Notes under the pieces: model-generated | Database searches by the model: none | Told to the model about the DNA's origin: nothing | What the model saw: only the letters and a program-made list of their open reading frames with translations | Shown here: in pieces, positions 24,925-31,866 of the stretch | Layout: each line of letters opens with the position of its first letter | How positions within the stretch are numbered: the stretch's first letter is position 1 | Program-made: the position numbers and the translations under genes | Assembly: GCF_000025925.1 (NCBI RefSeq) | Contig: NC_014033.1 | Location: 3,150,001-3,182,000, forward strand | Length of the DNA stretch: 32,000 bases | Source of the DNA: Xylanibacter ruminicola 23 | Lineage (GTDB): Bacteria; Bacteroidota; Bacteroidia; Bacteroidales; Bacteroidaceae | Direction of reading: 5' to 3'

Positions 24925-26037
24925 TTAGATATTATGCAGATATTCCTCGTCGGCAATCTTGCTGGCGAGGATTGCATCTGCAATGGCTTTCTCCATCACC
25001 AGCGAGGCCAGCACGCCAACAGTGTTGACGTCCGACAAAATCATACCACCGCTAAGGGAAATGGCATAAACGGTATCGCCATCAGCCATGGTAAACACTG
25101 GCCGTATGCTGCGTGCCATGCCGGTAGAGGCCATATTTGCTACCTTCTGTAGGTCGGCGACACTCAGATGGGCGTTGGTAAACACGGCTGCGATGGTGGT
25201 ATTGCCTGCTATCAGATCGGAATACTGGTTCTTGAGCACTGCCTGTTCGGCACTTACAAAGCCCTTGCGGTCGATGGTGGTCATGCCTGCTATCTTAACA
25301 CCATCCTGGAAGATGTCGCCTAAGGCATTGACAACAACGGCTACACCTACCTCCAATTGTCCAAGACGTGCTGCAGCATAACCAATGCCACTCTTCTGGG
25401 CTGTGGCCATGCCGCCAGGTTTACCTACTGTAGCACCTGTGCCGGCACCTACATTGCCGCTGAGTGGTGAGTTGCTGGCAATGGCATTCTGACAAGCTTT
25501 ATAACCCATTTCGCGGTCGGGGCGGATGTTACTTTTGCCGTATGAAAGGTCGAAGATGCAACTCTGACATACAATGGGTAGCAGTCCGTAGCCTGTGTTA
25601 TAGCCATAGCCATGTTCTTCAAGGCTGTTTACCACGCCGTCGGAAGCTGCCAAGCCATAAGCAGAACCACCACTGAAAACCAGAGCGTTGAGAGGCTGTG
25701 TGTTGCGCTGAGGGTCTAATAGTGGTACCTCGCGCGATGCAGGTCCACCACCCAGGACTACCGCTGAGGCCATGGATGCCTTTGGGAAAAAGAATACCGT
25801 TACACCTGTTTGGGCATCATTGTCTTGTGCATTTCCAACGCTTATGCCTTGAAGTTCTGAAAAAGGAAGGGATTCTACCAAATTATCCATGTCGCTATAG
25901 TTATCGACACGGTTTGTTGTATCCACTCCTAACATCTTTTCATCATTGTTCTTTGAACATGATGTAAATATGCTTAAGCCGCAAATACGAATAGCGGCGA
26001 AGAGCCCTAAAAAGATCTTCTTTTTCATGTCGTTCAA
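24925..26037 (-). CDS. P1/S58 (DmpA-like) family peptidase, lipoprotein
   Basis: 370 aa with a lipobox (IFTSC). GNVGAGTGATVGK, NTTIAAVFTNA and FTMADGDTVYA resemble the Ntn-hydrolase L-aminopeptidase/D-esterase family. Confidence 0.7.
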   Translation of the reverse strand: MNDMKKKIFLGLFAAIRICGLSIFTSCSKNNDEKMLGVDTTNRVDNYSDMDNLVESLPFSELQGISVGNAQDNDAQTGVTVFFFPKASMASAVVLGGGPASREVPLLDPQRNTQPLNALVFSGGSAYGLAASDGVVNSLEEHGYGYNTGYGLLPIVCQSCIFDLSYGKSNIRPDREMGYKACQNAIASNSPLSGNVGAGTGATVGKPGGMATAQKSGIGYAAARLGQLEVGVAVVVNALGDIFQDGVKIAGMTTIDRKGFVSAEQAVLKNQYSDLIAGNTTIAAVFTNAHLSVADLQKVANMASTGMARSIRPVFTMADGDTVYAISLSGGMILSDVNTVGVLASLVMEKAIADAILASKIADEEYLHNI

Positions 26038-26054
26038 AAGTTTAATAGGAATTG

Positions 26055-26062
26055 CAAATATA
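26055..26062 (-). promoter_or_regulatory. Possible -7 box (TATATTTG, minus strand) for the peptidase gene
   Basis: Plus-strand caaatata lies 18 nt upstream of the start at 26037, between the tRNA 3' end and the peptidase gene. Confidence 0.35.
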
Positions 26063-26078
26063 GTGTTTTTTGATTTTG

Positions 26079-26152
26079 TGGACCAGCCTGGGCTTGAACC
26101 AGGGACCTCCAGATTATGAGTCTGTTGCTCTAACCAACTGAGCTACAAGTCC
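26079..26152 (-). tRNA. tRNA with CAT anticodon (elongator tRNA-Met, or tRNA-Ile2 if C34 is lysidinylated); CCA not encoded
   Basis: The reverse complement reads ggacttgtagctcagttggttagagcaacagactCATaatctggaggtccctggttcaagcccaggctggtcca. It has a 74-nt cloverleaf with D-loop agctcagttggttagagc, T-arm ggttcaagccc, and a 7-nt anticodon loop cuCAUaa. It lacks the three consecutive G-C pairs of initiator tRNA. Confidence 0.85.
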
Positions 26153-26178
26153 GATGCCTTTGCTTTGAAAAGCGAGTG

Positions 26179-26186
26179 CAAAGGTA
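26179..26186 (-). promoter_or_regulatory. -7 box (TACCTTTG, minus strand) for the tRNA
   Basis: Plus-strand caaaggta lies 27 nt upstream of the mature tRNA 5' end. Confidence 0.45.
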
Positions 26187-26270
26187 CGGCAATTTCTTTA
26201 AATATCCAAATTATTAAGAGAAAATAACTAAAAATGATTGATTGGCAGGGGTAAATTGCGGATTTTTGAG

Positions 26271-26278
26271 TACCTTTG
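26271..26278 (+). promoter_or_regulatory. -7 box (TACCTTTG) for ribF
   Basis: Exact consensus 10 nt before ATG 26288, which implies a very short leader. Confidence 0.45.
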
Positions 26279-26287
26279 CAGCCTAAT

Positions 26288-27235
26288 ATGGAGATATTCT
26301 ACGATATAAAAGATACGATGATAGTGCCCGAGTGCGCTGCTACGATAGGCGTGTTTGATGGCGTTCATGCTGGGCATCGCCAGGTTATCAAGCAGATGAT
26401 GGACGAAGCACAGCAGCATGGCTACAAATCAATGGTAATCACCTTCGATAAGTTGCCACAACAGCTGTTTGTGCCTGGTTTCCAGGCGCAGCTGATTACC
26501 ACACTCGACGAGAAGATACAGTTGCTTGGCGAACTTGGCATCGACTACTTGGTGGTGCTGCCTTTTGATATGCAGATAGCACAGCTCACAGCGCGTGAGT
26601 TTATGGCTCAGATACTGCACGAGCGCCTGAATGTAAAAGCGCTGTGTATAGGCTACGATAACCAGTTTGGTCGTGGTCGCATGGAAACATTCGGCGACTA
26701 TGTGGAATATGGTAAAGCGCTTAATATACACGTATTTAAGGCTATGGAGGTATGCCCTGATGGGTTTGATGTGCCTGTAAGCTCATCGCTGATAAGACAT
26801 CTGATAACCGAAGAAGGAAAGGCTTTTGAGGTTTCACAGATGCTGAAGCACTATTACAAACTTACTGGCCGCGTGGTGGCTGGCGAGCATATTGGCACAG
26901 GGTTGGGCTATCCTACAGCTAATGTGGTGCCTGATAATGCTGAAAAGCTGATACCTGCCGACGGTGTTTATGCTGTGTTGGCCAGTATTGATGGGAGCGA
27001 ACCTATGCAGGCGATGATGAACATAGGCAAACGTCCTACTTTTAATGGGAAGCAGCGCACTCTTGAGGTGAATATTCTTGATTTCAAGGGTGACCTGTAT
27101 GGCAAGCAAGTTGCCATCAGTTTTGTAAAACTTGTGCGCTTGGAGCAACACTTTTCGTCGGCTGACGAGTTAAAACGTCAGATAGAGAAAGACGAGGTAT
27201 TAATTAGAGATATATTTGAAAAGATAATAAAGTAA
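26288..27235 (+). CDS. ribF: Bifunctional riboflavin kinase / FMN adenylyltransferase
   Basis: The ORF track begins at TTG 26276; ATG 26288 is preferred. It has the N-terminal FAD-synthetase motif IGVFDGVHAGHRQVI and C-terminal riboflavin-kinase motifs GLGYPTANV, MMNIGKRPTF and LEVNILDFKGDLYGK. Confidence 0.9.
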   Translation: MEIFYDIKDTMIVPECAATIGVFDGVHAGHRQVIKQMMDEAQQHGYKSMVITFDKLPQQLFVPGFQAQLITTLDEKIQLLGELGIDYLVVLPFDMQIAQLTAREFMAQILHERLNVKALCIGYDNQFGRGRMETFGDYVEYGKALNIHVFKAMEVCPDGFDVPVSSSLIRHLITEEGKAFEVSQMLKHYYKLTGRVVAGEHIGTGLGYPTANVVPDNAEKLIPADGVYAVLASIDGSEPMQAMMNIGKRPTFNGKQRTLEVNILDFKGDLYGKQVAISFVKLVRLEQHFSSADELKRQIEKDEVLIRDIFEKIIK

Positions 27236-27243
27236 ATAAGGAT

Positions 27244-28014
27244 ATGAAGAATGCGATTATTTATACCGTGCTGTTTGCTGCCCTTCAGGTAGTGGTGTCG
27301 ACAGTTACCCAGCTGGTTTGGAACCGGTTATTAGGGAATAGCGGCGTCATGGGTACTGAGTTTATGATTGGCACGCTGATAGCATTTAACGTGCTGGGAC
27401 TGATACTGTTTTTAGCAACCAAGTGGGCTGTGGTTAGCAGAAATTGGATACGTACGCGCCCTTGGATGGTGCTGTTCTGGGCAGCAATGGCGTCGGTGGG
27501 GTGTATCGTTCCATCTATGTGGCTGCAAGAAGTGATGCCCGAACTGCCAAATTTAATGCAGGAGGGATTGGAAGAACTGATGGGTAGTCGCTTAGGTTAT
27601 GTGGTAGTGGGACTGTTGGCACCACTGGTTGAGGAAGTTGTGTTTCGTGGTGCTATCTTGCGTGCCTTGCTTAAGTGGAACCAGAACCATTGGTTGTGCA
27701 TAGCTATATCGGCAGCTCTGTTCGGCCTGTCGCATTTTAACCCCGCTCAGATGCCGCATGCTTTTCTGGCTGGCTTGCTGCTGGGATGGATGTATTACCG
27801 TACGGGTAGTATCGTGCCTGGCGTGGTGGTGCATTGGGTGAACAACTCGGTGGCTTATGCCATGTATAACGTATCGATGGCAGCCTATGGTACAGGCGAC
27901 CCAACGATGGCGCAGTTGTTTGGCGAACAGCGCGTGCTGCTGGCTGTGCTCTTCTCGCTGTGCATACTGATACCAGCTATCTACCAGCTTAACCTGAGAA
28001 TGAAGAGAGCTTAA
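27244..28014 (+). CDS. CPBP (CAAX) family intramembrane glutamic endopeptidase
   Basis: 256 aa and polytopic. It has the motifs EEVVFRG (EExxxR), FGLSHF (FxxxH) and VHWVNN (HxxxN). Confidence 0.8.
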   Translation: MKNAIIYTVLFAALQVVVSTVTQLVWNRLLGNSGVMGTEFMIGTLIAFNVLGLILFLATKWAVVSRNWIRTRPWMVLFWAAMASVGCIVPSMWLQEVMPELPNLMQEGLEELMGSRLGYVVVGLLAPLVEEVVFRGAILRALLKWNQNHWLCIAISAALFGLSHFNPAQMPHAFLAGLLLGWMYYRTGSIVPGVVVHWVNNSVAYAMYNVSMAAYGTGDPTMAQLFGEQRVLLAVLFSLCILIPAIYQLNLRMKRA

Positions 28015-28031
28015 ACCATATAACATTGAAG

Positions 28032-28055
28032 AAGGCTGCACGTTTGTGCAGCCTT
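28032..28055. terminator. Hairpin terminator between convergent CPBP and anti-sigma-like genes
   Basis: 10-bp perfect stem aaggctgcac / gtgcagcctt with a 4-nt loop gttt. The following T-tract is weak. Confidence 0.55.
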
Positions 28056-28173
28056 TAACTTCAGCGTTAGTATTTCCTGAAAATTTGAGAGAAACAAACC
28101 GGAGCTTCACAGCTTTCGGCGTCTTAATTGTTTTACTTGTTTTATTTATAAAGAAAGCATAGAAAAAAATATC

Positions 28174-28668
28174 TTATTCGTATAAGGCGGGCGTATCCGT
28201 GGCACTTACCTTAGTGGTGTCGGCCATATTCTCGGCCTGCATAGTGCCGAGGGTGTTAACGGAGTCGGCCTGATGCTGCTGGTGGAACTTAGCATATGCA
28301 TCCTTCGGGTCGTCCCATCCGCGGTCCCAAGGGGCCTGTGCGGCGTTACCCAGTGTAAGGATGATGGCTACCACGGCTGCAGCACGGAACAGCGGCATGA
28401 GGCGTGTGGTAAGAGTTACCATCTTGGCCTTTGGCGCTTCGGTGTTCTCGCCTACCATTTCGAGTATTCGGGCATCAAAGTCATCGCCCAGTTCAGGCTT
28501 CTCCTGCTCGAGAGTAAACAGCGCTTTGTACTGCATCAGACTGGCTGGTACATCCTCCTGACTGAAGAATGTGCGCAGAATTGACTCTTCCTGTAGTGTG
28601 GTTTCACACTGCCAGTAGCGCTCCAGTAACTGTTCGATATACTTATAATCCATATTTCTCGGTTTCAA
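28174..28668 (-). CDS. Small single-pass membrane protein downstream of ECF sigma (putative anti-sigma factor)
   Basis: 164 aa. The N-terminal YIEQLLERYWQCETTLQEESILRTFF resembles short proteins I recall following ECF sigma genes in Bacteroidales. It has one TM segment (LMPLFRAAAVVAIILTLGNAA). It overlaps the sigma gene by 26 nt, or by 11 nt if the start is the ATG at 28653. Confidence 0.6.
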   Translation of the reverse strand: MKPRNMDYKYIEQLLERYWQCETTLQEESILRTFFSQEDVPASLMQYKALFTLEQEKPELGDDFDARILEMVGENTEAPKAKMVTLTTRLMPLFRAAAVVAIILTLGNAAQAPWDRGWDDPKDAYAKFHQQHQADSVNTLGTMQAENMADTTKVSATDTPALYE

Positions 28669-29161
28669 TATATTTTTGTCGGATGGCTTGGCGAGCGCGG
28701 AAGATGTTTACCTTTACCTGCTCTTCGCTGACAGCCATAATCGACGCTATTTCTTTATAACTCTTGCCTTCGAATTCGCGCAACTGCATAGCGCTTCGCT
28801 GTTTCTCAGGCAGTTCATTAATAAGTTGGCGTATCAGCTCGATGCGATCGCGCTGCATAGCCTGCTCTTCAGGGTTCGAGGCGTAGCTCTGGTCGGCTTT
28901 GTCGTGGTCGCCTTCTTCCAGACTCTGGTTCTGGTTTTCCAAGTGTCGCATTCTGTCGAGTGCCAGGTTGCGGCAGATGGTAAGGCAAAAGGCTTCAATC
29001 GATTCGATGTCGTCCCATGCCTCGCGGCGATTCCACACCTTTATCATCGTGTCCTGTACTACATCCTCTGCCTCTGCAGGGTTGAGGGTGATGCGGAGGG
29101 CAAGCCTGTAGAGCTCGTTCTTCAGCGGCAAGATGTCAGTTTTAAAACTTATCTTTTTCAT
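28643..29161 (-). CDS. ECF-type RNA polymerase sigma-70 family factor
   Basis: 172 aa. It has region 2 (AEDVVQDTMIKVWNR) and a region 4 HTH (QRSAMQLREFEGKSYKEIASIMAVSEEQVKVNIFRARQAIR). Confidence 0.85.
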   Translation of the reverse strand: MKKISFKTDILPLKNELYRLALRITLNPAEAEDVVQDTMIKVWNRREAWDDIESIEAFCLTICRNLALDRMRHLENQNQSLEEGDHDKADQSYASNPEEQAMQRDRIELIRQLINELPEKQRSAMQLREFEGKSYKEIASIMAVSEEQVKVNIFRARQAIRQKYIETEKYGL

Positions 29162-29219
29162 CCTCTCTTATTATATGACGAATAACCTGGGGCAAAAGTT
29201 ACAAGTAAAACAAAAAAAA

Positions 29220-29993
29220 TCAGAAAATTTTTGTGCCGCTCTCTCCATCGATGGCAGTGGCCAGGGTAATGATAACCCGGCTAACGCCAGCATCGATGGC
29301 GCTCAAGGCGTTTTCGATCTTAGGCAGCATGCCACCACTGATGGTGCCATCGGCCTTGTACTGCTTGAAATCGGCGCGGGTGATGGTGGGGATAACCGAA
29401 TCGTCGTCGTCGGGATTGCGCAGTACGCCTTTCTTCTCGAAACTGTAGATGAGTGTTACATCGTAATAGGGAGCTAAAGCTTTGGCTGTTTCGCTGGCAA
29501 TGGTGTCGGCATTGGTGTTCAGGATGTGTCCCTGACCATCGTGGGTGAGTGGGGCCATCACGGGGGTGATGCCTGCCTTAATCAGTCGGCTCAGCATCTC
29601 ACCGTCGGCACGATCAACATCGCCCACAAAACCAAAATCCACACCATCCTTAATGGGGCGCTTATGGCTGCGAATCACATCCATATCGGCACCAGTAAGG
29701 CCCAAGGCGTTTACACCATTAGCCTGCAGGCGGGCCACCAGGTTCTTGTTAACCAGGCCGCCGTAAACCATGGTTACCACGCTCAGCATGTCGGCATCAG
29801 TAATGCGGCGTCCGCCAACCATCTTCGACTCGATGCCCAGGCTTGCTGCTACCTGAGTGGCACGACGGCCACCGCCATGAATGAGCACTTTGTTGCCCTC
29901 GATGGCACTGAAATCCTTGAGCAGCTGACTGAGTTGGGCCTCGTCTTCGACCACGGCGCCACCTACTTTTACAATTGTTAGTTTCTCTTTCAT
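29220..29993 (-). CDS. argB: Acetylglutamate kinase
   Basis: 257 aa of the amino-acid kinase fold, with IVKVGGAV, VLIHGGGRRAT, LNTNADTIA and ISGGMLPKIENA. Confidence 0.85.
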   Translation of the reverse strand: MKEKLTIVKVGGAVVEDEAQLSQLLKDFSAIEGNKVLIHGGGRRATQVAASLGIESKMVGGRRITDADMLSVVTMVYGGLVNKNLVARLQANGVNALGLTGADMDVIRSHKRPIKDGVDFGFVGDVDRADGEMLSRLIKAGITPVMAPLTHDGQGHILNTNADTIASETAKALAPYYDVTLIYSFEKKGVLRNPDDDDSVIPTITRADFKQYKADGTISGGMLPKIENALSAIDAGVSRVIITLATAIDGESGTKIF

Positions 29994-30016
29994 TTTTTAT
30001 AATATGTGTATGAGTG

Positions 30017-31066
30017 TTACTGCTTTTGTCCGATAGCCTTGTATTGGCGTATCATGGCATCGGCCAGTATAGCGTTACTCTCGTTGGCACCGTACAGGGT
30101 GTCGTAAATCATCTTCACATCATCGCGACCGCCGCCATGCTTCAAGGCGTAAACCACGCACAGGTTCTGCAGACCAACCGACTCAGACAGGATATCAAGG
30201 TCGGTAACAGCCAACTGCGACAGGGCCAGCTGATAGGCTGTGTCGCTCAAATCGTCGACCATAGCTTGTACATCGCCTAACGATTCCATGCCAAAATGCT
30301 CCAGAACGCGCAGGAAAGGCATCAGCGAGGCGGGGAACAGCTCGGCCTGGTTAACAGCAGCAATACGCTGGTTAAGACGCTCGAATGGGTGCAATTCAAG
30401 ATAGCTGCGGAACGAGTCGGTAGAGAGTGTTACCTCGCTTAGGTTGCCTGATTTTACCAGCGTTTGTATCTGTCGGCGGTATTCGGTCATAGTGGTGCGC
30501 AGACGGCTGAACTCATCGTCGGCCAACTCTAACATACCGGCCAGGCGACTGAACTGTCGGCGATACTGTGGGGGCAGTTTAACGGCACCCTTGTAGCCGA
30601 TGTCGTGCTCGATGGCCGACCACGTGTGCTGCAGTGCTGTACGTATCTGTATCTCGAAGGGAATGCTACCCTCGTGCAGCTGGCAGATGTAGTGCAGCGA
30701 GTTATAGCCAAAGCTGTTGAAATCGTGCAGCTTGCGCTTATCAACAGAGTTGCTCCAGTCGATATCGAACAACTGACTGACAATGGCTGCTACCTTATCC
30801 ACATCATCGGTATAGAAGGTAACAATGCGCAGGCCAATCAGGTCGGTAATGTCGCTTAGCGAGTGATATTTCTCGCCTTTGCGCTCTAACTTACCAGCCA
30901 ACGACTCAACACCCTTGATGCGGTGCTCGATGCTGTTAAGTTCGATGCCCTGCTGCTGCATGGTGGTCTGTAACAGCTCGAAAACCTTGTTGTCAAGCTG
31001 TATCAGTTGTGGCCGCAGTTCGATGAACTCCTGCAGCAACGCTTCGCAATGTGGCGACAGGCGCAT
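30017..31066 (-). CDS. RelA/SpoT-domain nucleotide pyrophosphokinase (small alarmone synthetase-like) with ~150-aa C-terminal extension; no hydrolase domain
   Basis: 349 aa. All synthetase motifs are present: HRIKGVESLAGKLERKG, DLIGLRIV, GYNSLHY and FEIQIRTALQHTWSAIEHDIGYK. Its ATG (31064-31066) overlaps the STAS stop (31066-31068) by 1 nt. Confidence 0.85.
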   Translation of the reverse strand: MRLSPHCEALLQEFIELRPQLIQLDNKVFELLQTTMQQQGIELNSIEHRIKGVESLAGKLERKGEKYHSLSDITDLIGLRIVTFYTDDVDKVAAIVSQLFDIDWSNSVDKRKLHDFNSFGYNSLHYICQLHEGSIPFEIQIRTALQHTWSAIEHDIGYKGAVKLPPQYRRQFSRLAGMLELADDEFSRLRTTMTEYRRQIQTLVKSGNLSEVTLSTDSFRSYLELHPFERLNQRIAAVNQAELFPASLMPFLRVLEHFGMESLGDVQAMVDDLSDTAYQLALSQLAVTDLDILSESVGLQNLCVVYALKHGGGRDDVKMIYDTLYGANESNAILADAMIRQYKAIGQKQ

Positions 31067-31368
31067 TAGATAAACTCAAAAAGATTAATAAAACCAGTCA
31101 TGGCAAACACCTGGCGCAGATCTTCGTTCATGTTGCGCAGATAAACATGGCTGCCTTTGGGCTTTGCGGCCTTGAGCAGACCAAGGAACAGGCGCAGACC
31201 ACTTGATGAGATATACTCGAGTGCTGTGCAATCAAGAATGATATCGTGACCAGAGCATTCGTAAAGTGGAGCCATGCTCTTTTCAACCTCTGCTGATGCA
31301 GCCGTATCCAAACGACCTTCGAAGTACATCACGAAATTCTTCTCTTCTTCTTTGAATGTTGTTTTCAT
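31066..31368 (-). CDS. STAS-domain anti-sigma-factor antagonist (SpoIIAA/RsbV-like)
   Basis: 100 aa. It has the conserved phosphorylatable-serine motif in LEYISSSGLRLFLGLL and the typical C-terminal VFAMTGFINLFEF. Confidence 0.85.
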   Translation of the reverse strand: MKTTFKEEEKNFVMYFEGRLDTAASAEVEKSMAPLYECSGHDIILDCTALEYISSSGLRLFLGLLKAAKPKGSHVYLRNMNEDLRQVFAMTGFINLFEFI

Positions 31369-31374
31369 AACTAT

Positions 31375-31794
31375 TTATTTTTTAGTGATAATTTTGCTGA
31401 GTGTGAGTAGATTCTTATTATCTACACGCTCGTAGTTAATGGTATCCATTATTTGTCGTATCAGGTGAATGCCTAATCCGCCGATACTACGCTGTTCGGC
31501 TGAAAGCGTAGTATCGACCTCGGCTTTGACCGTTGGGTCGAAGGGGGTACCGCTGTCGCTGATGACAAACTTAAGATGCTCATCGTTTATCTGGGCATCG
31601 ATATCCACATCGCCCTTACCATTGGGATAGGCATAGTTCATGACGTTAACCACAGCCTCTTCGATGGCCAGGTTAATCTTCATCGTTGTGCTCATGTCGA
31701 GGCCTGCAGTCTCGCACACCTCATCTACAAATGCATTGAGCTGGGGCACTTCCTGCACATCGTTAGGCAGTGTAAGATGATTTTGGTAACGCAC
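31375..31794 (-). CDS. RsbW/SpoIIAB-like serine-protein kinase (HATPase_c anti-sigma regulatory factor)
   Basis: 139 aa with a GTG start; no in-frame ATG would keep the N-terminal helix. It has the N-box IEEAVVNVMNYAY and G-boxes ISDSGTPFDP and IGGLGIHLIRQIMD. There is a 6-nt gap to the STAS gene. Confidence 0.8.
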   Translation of the reverse strand: MRYQNHLTLPNDVQEVPQLNAFVDEVCETAGLDMSTTMKINLAIEEAVVNVMNYAYPNGKGDVDIDAQINDEHLKFVISDSGTPFDPTVKAEVDTTLSAEQRSIGGLGIHLIRQIMDTINYERVDNKNLLTLSKIITKK

Positions 31795-31866
31795 GTCGAA
31801 TTGTTATTTAGTGTATTGAAGTACGACTTGTATCATCTGATAGATGATGGCATGAGAAGAAACTGC

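Noticed and set aside
24917-24926. Perfect 10-bp palindrome aaacatgttt between the convergent phosphatase and peptidase genes, considered as a terminator.
   Set aside because: It has no loop-forming spacer, the stem would be 4 bp at most and all A/T at the ends, and it overlaps the peptidase stop codon. It is probably a chance palindrome.
26038-26287. tRNA(CAT) as an integration hotspot for a genomic island, and a possible FMN riboswitch upstream of ribF.
   Set aside because: No integrase is present, and I saw no direct repeat of the tRNA 3' end nearby. The flanking genes are ordinary housekeeping genes. The ribF leader is only about 10 nt after its -7 box, too short for a riboswitch, and ribF is not normally FMN-riboswitch controlled.
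28100-28120. Weak dyad ccggagcttcacagctttcgg downstream of the anti-sigma-like gene, considered as its terminator.
   Set aside because: The pairing needs several G-T wobbles and a mismatch, and no U-tract follows on the minus strand. The hairpin at 28032-28055 is a better candidate for both convergent genes.
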